Of a DNA stretch of 64,000 nt, positions 1 through 9,278 are shown piece by piece (position 1 is the first letter of the stretch; each line of letters begins with the position of its first letter). The stretch is from an uncultured Clostridia bacterium. GTDB lineage: Bacteria; Bacillota; Clostridia; Christensenellales; CAG-917. Location: the NCBI GenBank assembly GCA_949286725.1, contig CASECZ010000002.1:420632-484631 (forward strand), given 5' to 3'. The notes below the pieces were generated by a model that was not told where the DNA came from, made no database searches, and saw only the letters and a program-made list of their open reading frames with translations. A program made the position numbers and the translations under genes.

Positions 1-234
1 GCCGATGCGGAAGACCTCGCCGCTTATTTGGGCGTCGAGCACGGGTCGGTAAGTCCTCTGGGCTATATGAACGACACGGGCAAGAAGGTCAAGTTCGTGC
101 TGGATGCCGAGTTCAAAGGACAGACGATAGGCGTGCATCCCAACGACAACACCGCCACGGTGTGGCTTGCGGCGGACGACGTGATATCTCTCATCCGCAA
201 GCACGGCAACTTCGTTTATTATCTTAGGTTTTAG
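1..234 (+). CDS. YbaK/ProX-type aminoacyl-tRNA editing domain protein, C-terminal fragment (5' end outside window)
   Basis: Frame 1 is open from the window edge to TAG at 232-234. The translation (..GSVSPLGYMND..IGVHPNDNTATVW..) resembles the C-terminal half of prolyl-tRNA-synthetase-associated editing domains. Confidence 0.55.
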   Translation, partial: ADAEDLAAYLGVEHGSVSPLGYMNDTGKKVKFVLDAEFKGQTIGVHPNDNTATVWLAADDVISLIRKHGNFVYYLRF

Positions 235-243
235 GGGGAAACA

Positions 244-1203
244 ATGGGATTGAACGGCTTCGAAAGATTTGAAGTCAAAACCATGGAAATCTGCGCCAAC
301 GGCGTGGAACATATTTATTATCCGCTGTTGTACAAACGCTTTAAGAATATCGACAAACAACGCAATATACGTTATGCACCGAATGGCAAGCGGGCAAAAC
401 TCGACATCTTTACCCGCGCCGATGGCAAAAAGAAAAAACCGCTGTTCATTTACGTTCACGGTGGCGGCTGGGTTTCGGGCGTGCGTGGCGTAAGAAGGTT
501 TTATTGTTACAATTACGTAGATAAAGGGTATGTTTCGGTCAATATCGATTACGATTACGCGCTTGCCGCGACGCACCCCGAACACCTGAGACAGATCTTC
601 AAAGGCATAGAATACGTCCTCGACCGCGCGGACGAACTGGACATAGACACGTCGCGCATCGTCGTTGCGGGCGAGTCGTCGGGCGGATTTTTTGCGGGGT
701 TCATAGGCGCGATTGCTTCGCATAAGGAACTCTATGACAAACTCGGCATCGAGTTCAGATACAAGGACGAATTTATGCCCGCGGCGTGCCTTTTGATATG
801 CGGAATTTACGACCCCGAAAAATGCGCGGCAATCAAGTTCCCGTTCATCGGTATTTATCTTCGCGCGCTGGTCGGACAAGGCAGAAAGGATTTTTCGAAG
901 ATGTTTACCGACGAATACAATTCACTCGTCGCTCCTCTGAGATACGCCGACGGCGATTATCCTCCCTCGTTCGTCATTGCGGGTGACAAGGACCCCTTGC
1001 GCGTTCAGAGCGAGACATTCGCCGAGAATTTGCGCGCGGCAGGGGTGGACTGCGACTATTTTCTGTGCACGGGCATAAACGGTCTGCACGCGGCGGCGCT
1101 TGATTTTTCGCACGGGAAATCGGGCAAAGAGTGCTTCAAACGCGCATTCTCTTTCGTTGACGGGAAGATAAATCCCGCAGCGGAGAAACGAGCGGAAATA
1201 TAA
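244..1203 (+). CDS. alpha/beta hydrolase (esterase/lipase, fold-3 type)
   Basis: 319 aa ORF. HGGGW oxyanion-hole motif and GESSGG nucleophile elbow (GxSxG). Confidence 0.85.
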   Translation: MGLNGFERFEVKTMEICANGVEHIYYPLLYKRFKNIDKQRNIRYAPNGKRAKLDIFTRADGKKKKPLFIYVHGGGWVSGVRGVRRFYCYNYVDKGYVSVNIDYDYALAATHPEHLRQIFKGIEYVLDRADELDIDTSRIVVAGESSGGFFAGFIGAIASHKELYDKLGIEFRYKDEFMPAACLLICGIYDPEKCAAIKFPFIGIYLRALVGQGRKDFSKMFTDEYNSLVAPLRYADGDYPPSFVIAGDKDPLRVQSETFAENLRAAGVDCDYFLCTGINGLHAAALDFSHGKSGKECFKRAFSFVDGKINPAAEKRAEI

Positions 1204-1234
1204 CGGCGGCGGTTCGTCGCAAAAGGAGGGGAAT

Positions 1235-2044
1235 ATGTTGTTTTCCGTTTTGTCGGCAAAAGTGCCCGGCACCACTACTCCCGAAATGCTGGAAGAAGTG
1301 ATGCAGGATCCGAGCACTCTCAAATGGTACGTTGTACCGCTTTTCCTCGTCGTACTGTACATTCTCATAACCGAAATCAGAAAACGCAACTACAACGTAA
1401 TTTTCGGTGCGGCGGCATTCTGGCTTATGGACGTTTTCAACGAGACGTGGAACGCAATGGTCTATGCAACGACGGGGCAACCCGTATGGGGCACAACCGC
1501 GGCGGGCGGAAGCGCGTTGCAAATACTTGTCGGTTACAACATAGAGATTTCCTTTATGTTCTTCATACTCGGCGTGGTGGCGTGCAAGTTTCTGAAAGTG
1601 TCGCCCGACAGTATAGGCGAGAGGTTCTGGGAGGGCAACGCCAACTGGCTCAACGACCCGAACAATATGTACTATATGGCAAACGTGCCCAACAAACAGC
1701 TGACCGTTTCCGAGCGGAAAATCAAGACGAAAGCCGTGTTGGGCAGAATAATTCCCGCCGTGTTCGGCGCGGTGTGCGCGGTGGTCATCGAAATCCTGCT
1801 CAACGCCTGCAACGTGCTGACGTGGGAGAAATCCTGGTGGCAACCTTCCATGCCGATAATTCTCTTCCTCATCGGGTATTGTCCTTTCTATTTTGCAGCA
1901 TACGTCGTGCACGATCTGCCGCGCAAAAAGCAGCTTGTCGTGCTGGGGTGCATATTCGGCGTAACCCTGCTTCTGCTCATCATAGCGGGCAGTCTGGGTA
2001 TGCTCGGCAAGCAGATACCCGACGGCTTCCCGTATATGAAATAG
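1235..2044 (+). CDS. hypothetical polytopic membrane protein
   Basis: 269 aa ORF with several hydrophobic helices. AAGGAGGGG lies just upstream of the ATG. A terminator follows at 2117-2143. Confidence 0.7.
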   Translation: MLFSVLSAKVPGTTTPEMLEEVMQDPSTLKWYVVPLFLVVLYILITEIRKRNYNVIFGAAAFWLMDVFNETWNAMVYATTGQPVWGTTAAGGSALQILVGYNIEISFMFFILGVVACKFLKVSPDSIGERFWEGNANWLNDPNNMYYMANVPNKQLTVSERKIKTKAVLGRIIPAVFGAVCAVVIEILLNACNVLTWEKSWWQPSMPIILFLIGYCPFYFAAYVVHDLPRKKQLVVLGCIFGVTLLLLIIAGSLGMLGKQIPDGFPYMK

Positions 2045-2116
2045 CAACCGATTGAACACGGTACCGCGCATCCGCTCCCGTAACAAGCGGGCGCGCGGAT
2101 AACGCGCATTTTATTG

Positions 2117-2143
2117 AACCGACGCCTCGGCGTCGGTTTTTTT
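2117..2143 (+). terminator. rho-independent terminator
   Basis: GC-rich hairpin CCGACGC..GCGTCGG followed by a T run. Confidence 0.75.
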
Positions 2144-2217
2144 GTAATGAATTTGTAAGGTTTTCGTCAAGACGCGGTAAGAAACGGGGGGTATCCTGTT
2201 ATTGTCAGGAGGTGGCT

Positions 2218-3789
2218 ATGAAAGTCATTATAGCTCTTACCGGAGCAAGCGGAAATATGGGCAGAGAATGTCTCAGGGAACTGTTGAACCTGCCCGAAGT
2301 GGAAAAAGTCAAAATCCTTGTCAGGAAAATCCGCGGGGACAGAGCGTTCGTCGCGAACGCGAAACGCGCGTACGGCAAACGCGTACAGCCCGTTTACGGC
2401 GATCTTGCCGACGCACAAAGCTGCGCCGAGCTAGTCAAGGACACCGATTACGTGTTCCACGTCGGTGCGGTCATACCTCCTCTTTCGGACCATAATTTCG
2501 CAAACACCAAAGCCGCAAACCTCATCGGTACCTGCAATATGGTTGACGCGGTCTGCGCGCTCGGCGACAAACAGCCCAAGTTCGTGCACGTGTCCACGGT
2601 TGCGCTGTACGGTCACCGCAATTATCTGCACCCCTGGGGCAGAGTCGGCGACCCGTTGCTTCCCAGTGTGTACGACGTCTATGCCGCAACAAAACTCCGC
2701 GGCGAGCGTTACGTGCTTGACAGCGATTTGAAGTGCTGGGCAATTCTGCGGCAGACGGCAATGTTGCACTACAATATGATGAAGGACAATATGAGCGACG
2801 GACTGATGTTCCACACCTGTGTCAACGTTCCTCTGGAATGGTCGACCTCACGCGACAGCGGCTTGCTCATCCGCCGTATTGTGGAACGCGACCTGCGCGG
2901 CGAAGTCGACGAATTCTGGAAGAAATGCTACAACATAGGCGGCGGCGAAAAGAACCGCGTGACGGGCTACGACTCCTACGACAAACTGCTTCACACCATA
3001 GGCGCGGAGACGGAAAAGGTGATGAAACCGGGCTGGCATTCCATACGCAATTTCCACGGTCTGTGGTTTGCCGACGGCGATGAACTCAACAATCTGTTCG
3101 ACTTCCAGCACGATACCTACGACGAGTTCTGCGACGAGATAGTGCGCAAGCACCCGATATACAAAGCAGCGTGTCTGGTGCCGTCCAAAGTCATTTCGCA
3201 GGTGGGCTTCAAACGCTTGCTTAAACACTTCAATTCACCACTTGAATGGGTAAAAATCAAAGATAAAGGGCGTGTTCGTGCATTTTTCGGCAGTCCTGAC
3301 AACCTGCGTTGCATGGCGAAAAGCTGGCAGGAATTTCCCGTGCTCGCCAAGGGCGAAGTCGCCGACGGCAACGTGGATTACGACGCGATAAGAAAGACCG
3401 AAAACCTCAAAAAGTACGGTTTTTTGCTCAATCACGGCTATGACGAAAGTAAGCCCGACAGCGAACTGGACATCGAGGATATGCGCGAGGCGGCGGCGTA
3501 CCGCGGCGGTAAGTGCCTGAGTCCGTCGATGACCAAGGGCGACCTTTATACCAAACTCGAATGGGAGTGCCACGACGGACACAAGTTCATGGCGTCGCCT
3601 TATACCGCACTCAAAGCGGGGCATTGGTGCCCCGTGTGCTGTCAGCCCGAACCGTGGGATTTTGACAGGCTTGCCAAATTTATGCCTTTTTACGCGCAGG
3701 TGTGGTACGACACCCACGCCGTGGAGGAGAATACCGAGTATTTCTTCGGCGGCGAGAAAGGCGACGTCGCAATGTACAGGAGGTTCTGA
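2218..3789 (+). CDS. NAD-dependent epimerase/dehydratase (SDR) family protein with a C-terminal Cys/His zinc-ribbon-like tail
   Basis: AGGAGG at 2207-2212 with ATG at 2218. N-terminal GASGNMG Rossmann motif and YAATK (YxxxK). C-terminal CHDGH..HWCPVCC. Confidence 0.8.
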   Translation: MKVIIALTGASGNMGRECLRELLNLPEVEKVKILVRKIRGDRAFVANAKRAYGKRVQPVYGDLADAQSCAELVKDTDYVFHVGAVIPPLSDHNFANTKAANLIGTCNMVDAVCALGDKQPKFVHVSTVALYGHRNYLHPWGRVGDPLLPSVYDVYAATKLRGERYVLDSDLKCWAILRQTAMLHYNMMKDNMSDGLMFHTCVNVPLEWSTSRDSGLLIRRIVERDLRGEVDEFWKKCYNIGGGEKNRVTGYDSYDKLLHTIGAETEKVMKPGWHSIRNFHGLWFADGDELNNLFDFQHDTYDEFCDEIVRKHPIYKAACLVPSKVISQVGFKRLLKHFNSPLEWVKIKDKGRVRAFFGSPDNLRCMAKSWQEFPVLAKGEVADGNVDYDAIRKTENLKKYGFLLNHGYDESKPDSELDIEDMREAAAYRGGKCLSPSMTKGDLYTKLEWECHDGHKFMASPYTALKAGHWCPVCCQPEPWDFDRLAKFMPFYAQVWYDTHAVEENTEYFFGGEKGDVAMYRRF

Positions 3790-4649
3790 TGAAACGTGTG
3801 GCGTTTTTCGTGTTCTCCGCGAGCGGGAATACGCAGAAGATATGCAACCTGTTTGCCGAGAATTTGCAGAGCTCGGGGCTCACAACGGACAACTTCCGCA
3901 TACGCAAAGATATGGAAATGCCCGACGTGTCGGCGTACGACACCGTAATCGTCGCGTACCCCGTGCACGGGTTTAACGCTCCTCAAATCGTGTTGGATTT
4001 CGCAAAAAACTTGCAAGAAGGACAGAATAAGAGTTATTATATTATAAAGACCAGCGGCGAGCCGCTCAGGCTGAACGACGCGTCGTCGCGCAAGCTCGAA
4101 CGGATAATGAAAAAGCGCGGTTACCGTTTCAAAGGGGAGTTCCATTACGTGATGCCTTACAATATGATTTTCAGGCATACGGACCAGATGGCGGCGCTGA
4201 TGTGGAAAGCCGCAAACAATACTGTGCCCGCCGACGCGGCAGTCATCGCCGAAAACAAATTTCGTCCGAACGACATAGGCGTCAAGGCGAAACTGACAAG
4301 ATTTTTGGTGTCCGTCGAAAGGCGCGGCATTGCGCTCATAGGCAGAGGGTTTACGGTCGACAAGGACAAGTGCGTGATGTGCGGCAAGTGCGAAAAGGCG
4401 TGTCCCGTCGGCAACATCACCGTCAAGGACGGCAAAATCACTTTCGGATGGCATTGCCTCGGGTGCACGGCTTGCTCCTTCAACTGCCCGAAAAACGCAA
4501 TAAATCTCGGTATGCTCAACAGCTGGAAAGTCAACGGCGCATATGATTTCGGAGCGTCCGCCGAGGGACTGACCGAAAAGGACGTGTGCAGGTACTGGCA
4601 TAAATCGTATATGCGTTATTTCAAAGAGCACGGGATAAATCTCGACTGA
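3789..4649 (+). CDS. EFR1-family flavodoxin-like / 4Fe-4S dicluster ferredoxin fusion
   Basis: Start overlaps the upstream stop (TGATG). N-terminal flavodoxin-like VAFFVFSASGNTQK. Two CxxCxxCxxxCP motifs (CVMCGKCEKACP, CLGCTACSFNCP). Confidence 0.8.
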   Translation: MKRVAFFVFSASGNTQKICNLFAENLQSSGLTTDNFRIRKDMEMPDVSAYDTVIVAYPVHGFNAPQIVLDFAKNLQEGQNKSYYIIKTSGEPLRLNDASSRKLERIMKKRGYRFKGEFHYVMPYNMIFRHTDQMAALMWKAANNTVPADAAVIAENKFRPNDIGVKAKLTRFLVSVERRGIALIGRGFTVDKDKCVMCGKCEKACPVGNITVKDGKITFGWHCLGCTACSFNCPKNAINLGMLNSWKVNGAYDFGASAEGLTEKDVCRYWHKSYMRYFKEHGINLD

Positions 4650-4672
4650 CAGGATTATAAAGCGAGGATTAT

Positions 4673-5347
4673 ATGAGAAAGATACTCATTGCCGAAGACA
4701 ATACCGAACTCAACGATATGATGAGGAACTACCTCATAAAAGCGGGACACGAGGTCTATCAGGCTTTCAACGGCGCGCAGGCGCTCGAATACGCAAAGAG
4801 CATGCAGCCCGACCTTGTGCTGCTCGACATCATGATGCCCGTCATCGACGGCTACGAAGTGTGCAGGTCCCTGCGCCGCGAGATGAGCATTCCCGTCATA
4901 GTCGTGTCGGCAATCGTCGGCGAGGACGAGAAACTCAAAATGTTCGAACTCGGCGCCGACGACTATATGACAAAGCCCTTTTCTTTCAAGGAAATGGTAG
5001 GCAGGGTCAATGCCCAGCTGCGCCGCTACTACGAGTTCAACACACAGGAAAAGGCGGAGCGCGTCTACGGCAAGATGAAGATTTCGTCCACGCGTCACGA
5101 AGTGAAGGTGGACGGCGAAACCGTAAATCTCACACTCAAAGAGTTCAATCTGCTCGATTTTCTGACCAAGAACGCCAATCAGATTTTCAGCAAGCAGAAG
5201 CTCATCGACGTGGTGTGGGGTTACGACGAGTACATCGACGAAAATACCGTCGCCGTCACGGTCGCCAGACTGCGCGAGAAACTCGCTAAGTTCGGCGTGG
5301 AAAACGTGGTGACGGTGTGGGGCTTCGGCTATAAATGGCAGGATTGA
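4673..5347 (+). CDS. OmpR-family response regulator
   Basis: Receiver domain (LVLLDIMMP, KPF) plus a winged-helix C-terminus (VWGFGYKW). Confidence 0.9.
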   Translation: MRKILIAEDNTELNDMMRNYLIKAGHEVYQAFNGAQALEYAKSMQPDLVLLDIMMPVIDGYEVCRSLRREMSIPVIVVSAIVGEDEKLKMFELGADDYMTKPFSFKEMVGRVNAQLRRYYEFNTQEKAERVYGKMKISSTRHEVKVDGETVNLTLKEFNLLDFLTKNANQIFSKQKLIDVVWGYDEYIDENTVAVTVARLREKLAKFGVENVVTVWGFGYKWQD

Positions 5348-6408
5348 GAAAGAAAAATTACGTTCAGGACGCAGTCGCCGCACTCAACGCCGGCGATTTC
5401 GCCACGCCCATACAGATACGCGGCGGCGTGGCGCAGAAACGTATTCTCAGACAACTGGAAAAACTGCGCGGGTTCATTATGGAGCGCGAGTTTGCGGAAG
5501 CCAGAATGGTGGAGCAGAACAAACTCGCGATAGCGAGCGTTGCCCATGATATAAAGACCCCGCTTGCGCTCATTTCGGGGTATGCCGAGTGTTTGCAGGA
5601 CGGTATGGACGATAAGGATTACCTTTCGCTCATCTCCGAAAAGACGGAACAGCTCAACAACCTCGTGCTCAAACTGGTGGAGACCTCGCAGCACGAAATA
5701 GACGAAATTCCCAAACTGCGCGACCTCGTGGACACTAAGCTGTTCTTCGGCAACCTTCTCGGAAAGTTCGAACCCGTGGTCAAACAGAAGAACATCCGTT
5801 TCAAGGTGCGCAAAATTCCTTCGGCACACATCTACGTCGACACGCGCGAAATGGAGCGCGTGGTGCAGAACCTCATCTCGAACGCAGTCAAGTACACCGA
5901 CGAGGGCGGGAGCATAGAGGTGTTCTGCAAGCGCGAAGGCGAATTTTTCGTGCTCAACGTCAAGGATACGGGCAGAGGAATCGAGAAAAAGAATCTGCCT
6001 TTCGTCTTCGACAAATTCTATATGGAAGAGTCGTCGCGCACGGATTCCAAGAGTTCGGGGCTCGGACTGTACGTCACGAGGCACATCGTCGAACGCCACG
6101 GCGGCAACATACGCGTCAAGAGCAAAAAGGGCAAGGGGTCGAGGTTTATCGTGAGTCTCCCCGAAGTCGCCGACACCCAGACGCCGACCCAGCGTTTCGA
6201 ACGCAACTCCAAGTCCGTCAAACTGCTGATGTTCTTCTTTTTCGGATGGATAATGCCTTTCGTCTTGCGCATTATGCGCTATTTCGAAAGCCGCCGTCTC
6301 AGCACATTGGTGCTCGGGTTGCTGGCGTTTCCGTTTTTCATGTTCATGTTCCCCGTGGATTTCATCTCGGAGATTCTCTACAACAAGATGACTTTTGCAA
6401 TGGACTGA
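5335..6408 (+). CDS. sensor histidine kinase (no N-terminal TM segments; two C-terminal TM helices)
   Basis: H box SVAHDIKTPL, N box QNLISNAVKYT, G1 DTGRGI, G2 GLGLYV. The start overlaps the response-regulator stop. The hydrophobic C-terminal tail is LLMFFFFGWIMPFVL / LVLGLLAFPFFMFMF. Confidence 0.85.
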   Translation: MAGLRKKNYVQDAVAALNAGDFATPIQIRGGVAQKRILRQLEKLRGFIMEREFAEARMVEQNKLAIASVAHDIKTPLALISGYAECLQDGMDDKDYLSLISEKTEQLNNLVLKLVETSQHEIDEIPKLRDLVDTKLFFGNLLGKFEPVVKQKNIRFKVRKIPSAHIYVDTREMERVVQNLISNAVKYTDEGGSIEVFCKREGEFFVLNVKDTGRGIEKKNLPFVFDKFYMEESSRTDSKSSGLGLYVTRHIVERHGGNIRVKSKKGKGSRFIVSLPEVADTQTPTQRFERNSKSVKLLMFFFFGWIMPFVLRIMRYFESRRLSTLVLGLLAFPFFMFMFPVDFISEILYNKMTFAMD

Positions 6409-6574
6409 CCTTCGATTCGCAAACTCGCACACCGCAGGGCGTGCTTTTTTCGTTATCGGGCGTTTTCGGCGCGGAGCGCATCGGGGAGTGCGGAATATTT
6501 CTCTTGAAATAATGATTGACGGTATTATATAATATATCCGAACACATGCGGCTTTTGCCGCAAAGGAGATTTTT

Positions 6575-8107
6575 ATGAAAAGTTACGACGCTGTTGTAAT
6601 CGGCGCGGGCAACGGCGGCTTGACCGCCGCAATCCGTATTTTGCAGAAGGGCAAAAGCGTGCTCGTGCTCGAAAGATGGAACGTACCCGGCGGATTTGCT
6701 ACCAGTTTCCGCAGAGGAAGATTCGAGTTCGAAGCGTCTTTGCACGAACTCAACGATTTCGGACCGGCAGACAGCCCCGGCGACGTCAGGACGCTCTTCC
6801 GCGATTTGGGTGTGGAGAACAAAATCGAATGGATACAAAGCGACGACGCGTACCGCGTCATCACTCTTGACGGAAAGTACGACGTGAGGGTCAAACTCGG
6901 CAAGGAGAACTTCAAAAAGTCCGTCGAGGCGGCGTGTCCCGGTTCCGGAAAATATATCGACCGTTTCTTCGACATTGCCGAGGAAATAAGGCAGGCGCAG
7001 GCTTATACGATGAGCGTGAACGGCGTGACCGACAAGGATTATATGATAAAGCATTTTCCCAACTTCATCCGCGTCGGGTCTTACAGCGTCAACGAGGTGT
7101 TCCGCACGATGGGTATGCCGCAGAAACTCATCGACATTCTTTGCGCCTACTGGTGCTATCTCGGAGCACATTGCGAGGATCTGAGTTTCATTCACTATTG
7201 CTCTATGGTGTACCGCTACATCACGAAGTATGCGTATATGCCAAAGTCCCGCTCGCACGAGATTTCTCTCGCGTTCGACGAGAGAATAAGGGAACTCGGC
7301 GGCGAAATCTGGTATAACAGCACAGTCACCAGGATACTCACGGACGCAGACAAACGCATATGCGGCGTACGGCTTGCCGACGGTACGGAAGTCGCCACCC
7401 GCTATATCGTGGCGAACTGTTCCCCCCATGTGGTCTACGGACAGCTTATGGATCCGTCCGCGGTGCCCGAAGCCGCGCTTAAAAACTGCAACGCACGTAA
7501 ATTCGCCGGGCGCGGGTTCTGTATGTTCCTCGGCCTCAACAAGTCGCCCGAAGAACTGGGCATCAAGGACCACAGCTTCTTCATCTACGACACAATGGAC
7601 ACCGTCAAACAGTACGACCTTGCCAAGGACATCGAGACAAACGACGTCCAGGCGACGTGCTGCCTCAACATAGCCAACCCCGACTGCTCCCCCGCGGGCA
7701 CCACGATTATGTATTTCACCACGCTCTTTATGAGCGACGCATGGGCAAAGGTCTCCGAAAAGGACTACGTGAAGGTGAAAGAGCAGGTCGGCAGTCGCAT
7801 GATAGACGTGTTCGAGAAAGCCACGGGCATAAAAATCCGCGACAGCATAGAGGAAGTATCCATCGCGACGCCCATGACCTATGCCAGATACTGCGGACAC
7901 CCCGAAGGGACGATTTACGGCTATGAGTCACAGTACTGGGACGGACTTATGCCCAGATTGCAGATGATGAACGAGGAAGTCTACGTCAAAGGACTGCGCT
8001 TTGCGGGCGGCTATTCGATGCGCCTGTCGGGGTATTCCAGCGCGTACAATTCCGGTGATATTGTCGGTCGCCAGACGGCGGGCGAAATCGCAAGGGAGGG
8101 TAAATAA
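6575..8107 (+). CDS. FAD-dependent oxidoreductase, phytoene-desaturase (CrtI)-like family
   Basis: N-terminal YDAVVIGAGNGGLTAA dinucleotide-binding motif. 510 aa, a typical CrtI-like length. AAGGAG upstream. Confidence 0.85.
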   Translation: MKSYDAVVIGAGNGGLTAAIRILQKGKSVLVLERWNVPGGFATSFRRGRFEFEASLHELNDFGPADSPGDVRTLFRDLGVENKIEWIQSDDAYRVITLDGKYDVRVKLGKENFKKSVEAACPGSGKYIDRFFDIAEEIRQAQAYTMSVNGVTDKDYMIKHFPNFIRVGSYSVNEVFRTMGMPQKLIDILCAYWCYLGAHCEDLSFIHYCSMVYRYITKYAYMPKSRSHEISLAFDERIRELGGEIWYNSTVTRILTDADKRICGVRLADGTEVATRYIVANCSPHVVYGQLMDPSAVPEAALKNCNARKFAGRGFCMFLGLNKSPEELGIKDHSFFIYDTMDTVKQYDLAKDIETNDVQATCCLNIANPDCSPAGTTIMYFTTLFMSDAWAKVSEKDYVKVKEQVGSRMIDVFEKATGIKIRDSIEEVSIATPMTYARYCGHPEGTIYGYESQYWDGLMPRLQMMNEEVYVKGLRFAGGYSMRLSGYSSAYNSGDIVGRQTAGEIAREGK

Positions 8108-8108
8108 T

Positions 8109-9278
8109 ATGGCTTACAACTTCAAAAAACACATTTTCGGCTTTATGGATATGTTGCGGTTCTCAAAAATGGTGCCGCGCCGCAGGGAAATTTTCGCCGA
8201 GTCTCCCGCCACGCCTTTGCCTTCGTCGTATAAGGTGAACGAGACCGCGCAAGCCCTGCACCCGTCCAAGATGTTCGTCAAAGTGGCGCAGATTATCGAA
8301 CACGCGCCTGACGTCAAGACCTTCGTTTTCGTGCCCGACGGCGAAAGAACGAAACGGCTCGCAGGGTTCAGAGCGGGGCAGTACATCACGATAACCGCCG
8401 AGGTGGGTGGCAGTCGCGTGACGCGTGCGTATACGCTTGCGTCCTCGCCGCTCGACGCTTTCGACCGCAACTTCTACAAGGTGGCGGTGAAGAGCGCGGG
8501 TATCTTGTCCGACTACCTCTGCACGCAGGTCAGGGTGGGCGACGTGCTCGAAATAGGCGAACCTTCGGGCGATTTCTATTACGAACCCCTGCGCGACAGG
8601 AAACACGTCGTCGCAATCGCGGGCGGCGTCGGAATCACCTCGCTGCTGTCCATGGCGAAATCCGTTGCCGAAGGCACCGAGCCCTGCACGATGACTTTCT
8701 TCTACTGCGTGCCCAAGGCAGAGGACAGAATGTTCACCGACGAACTCGACGCCCTGAACGGCGACAAAATCAAGGTCGTTTACGTGGTGGAGAAGGGCAA
8801 AGCCGAGGGCTGCGAAAAGGGTCTTATGACCGCCGACCTCGTCCGTAAATACGTGGATTGCCCCTTCACGCTGTTTATGTGCGGTTCGGACGGAATGTAC
8901 GGTTACGTCAAAAAGGAGTTTGAGCCCTTCGGTCTGCGCATCAAGGACGTCCACTCCTCGCCCAACGGCGTGACGGACAGAAAAGTCACCGCCGAAAAGA
9001 CGTTCACGCTCACCGTGCATATGCGCGACAAGGTCTATACGGTGCCTTGCCGCAACAACGAAACCCTGCTTGTGGCAATGGAGCGCGCGGGCATTCACGC
9101 CCCCTCCAAATGCCGTGCGGGCGGTTGCGGTTTCTGCCGCAGCAAACTGATTTCCGGCGAATATACCGCCGCCGAAAACCGTGACAAAAGGAGGATAGCG
9201 GACTTCCGCTTCGGCTGGGTGCATCCTTGCTGCATCTATCCCGAAAGCGACGTGACTCTCGAAGTTCCGCAAGGCTGA
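8109..9278 (+). CDS. ferredoxin-NAD(P) reductase-like flavoprotein with a C-terminal 2Fe-2S ferredoxin domain (Hcr/PDR-like)
   Basis: RAYTLAS (RxYS/T FAD motif), GGVGITS NAD motif, CRAGGCGFC (Cx4Cx2C). ATG lies 2 nt after the upstream stop. Confidence 0.8.
   Translation: MAYNFKKHIFGFMDMLRFSKMVPRRREIFAESPATPLPSSYKVNETAQALHPSKMFVKVAQIIEHAPDVKTFVFVPDGERTKRLAGFRAGQYITITAEVGGSRVTRAYTLASSPLDAFDRNFYKVAVKSAGILSDYLCTQVRVGDVLEIGEPSGDFYYEPLRDRKHVVAIAGGVGITSLLSMAKSVAEGTEPCTMTFFYCVPKAEDRMFTDELDALNGDKIKVVYVVEKGKAEGCEKGLMTADLVRKYVDCPFTLFMCGSDGMYGYVKKEFEPFGLRIKDVHSSPNGVTDRKVTAEKTFTLTVHMRDKVYTVPCRNNETLLVAMERAGIHAPSKCRAGGCGFCRSKLISGEYTAAENRDKRRIADFRFGWVHPCCIYPESDVTLEVPQG

Noticed and set aside
8001-8108. N-terminal extensions proposed by the ORF track for several genes. 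Examples: 8001 versus 8109, 3702 versus 3789, 9227 versus 9278, 16710 versus 16755, 24068 versus 24107, 31447 versus 31306, 52081 versus 52111.
   Set aside because: The extensions overlap the preceding gene or a terminator, are Arg-rich nonsense, and have no RBS. The internal ATGs have RBSs and give canonical N-termini.
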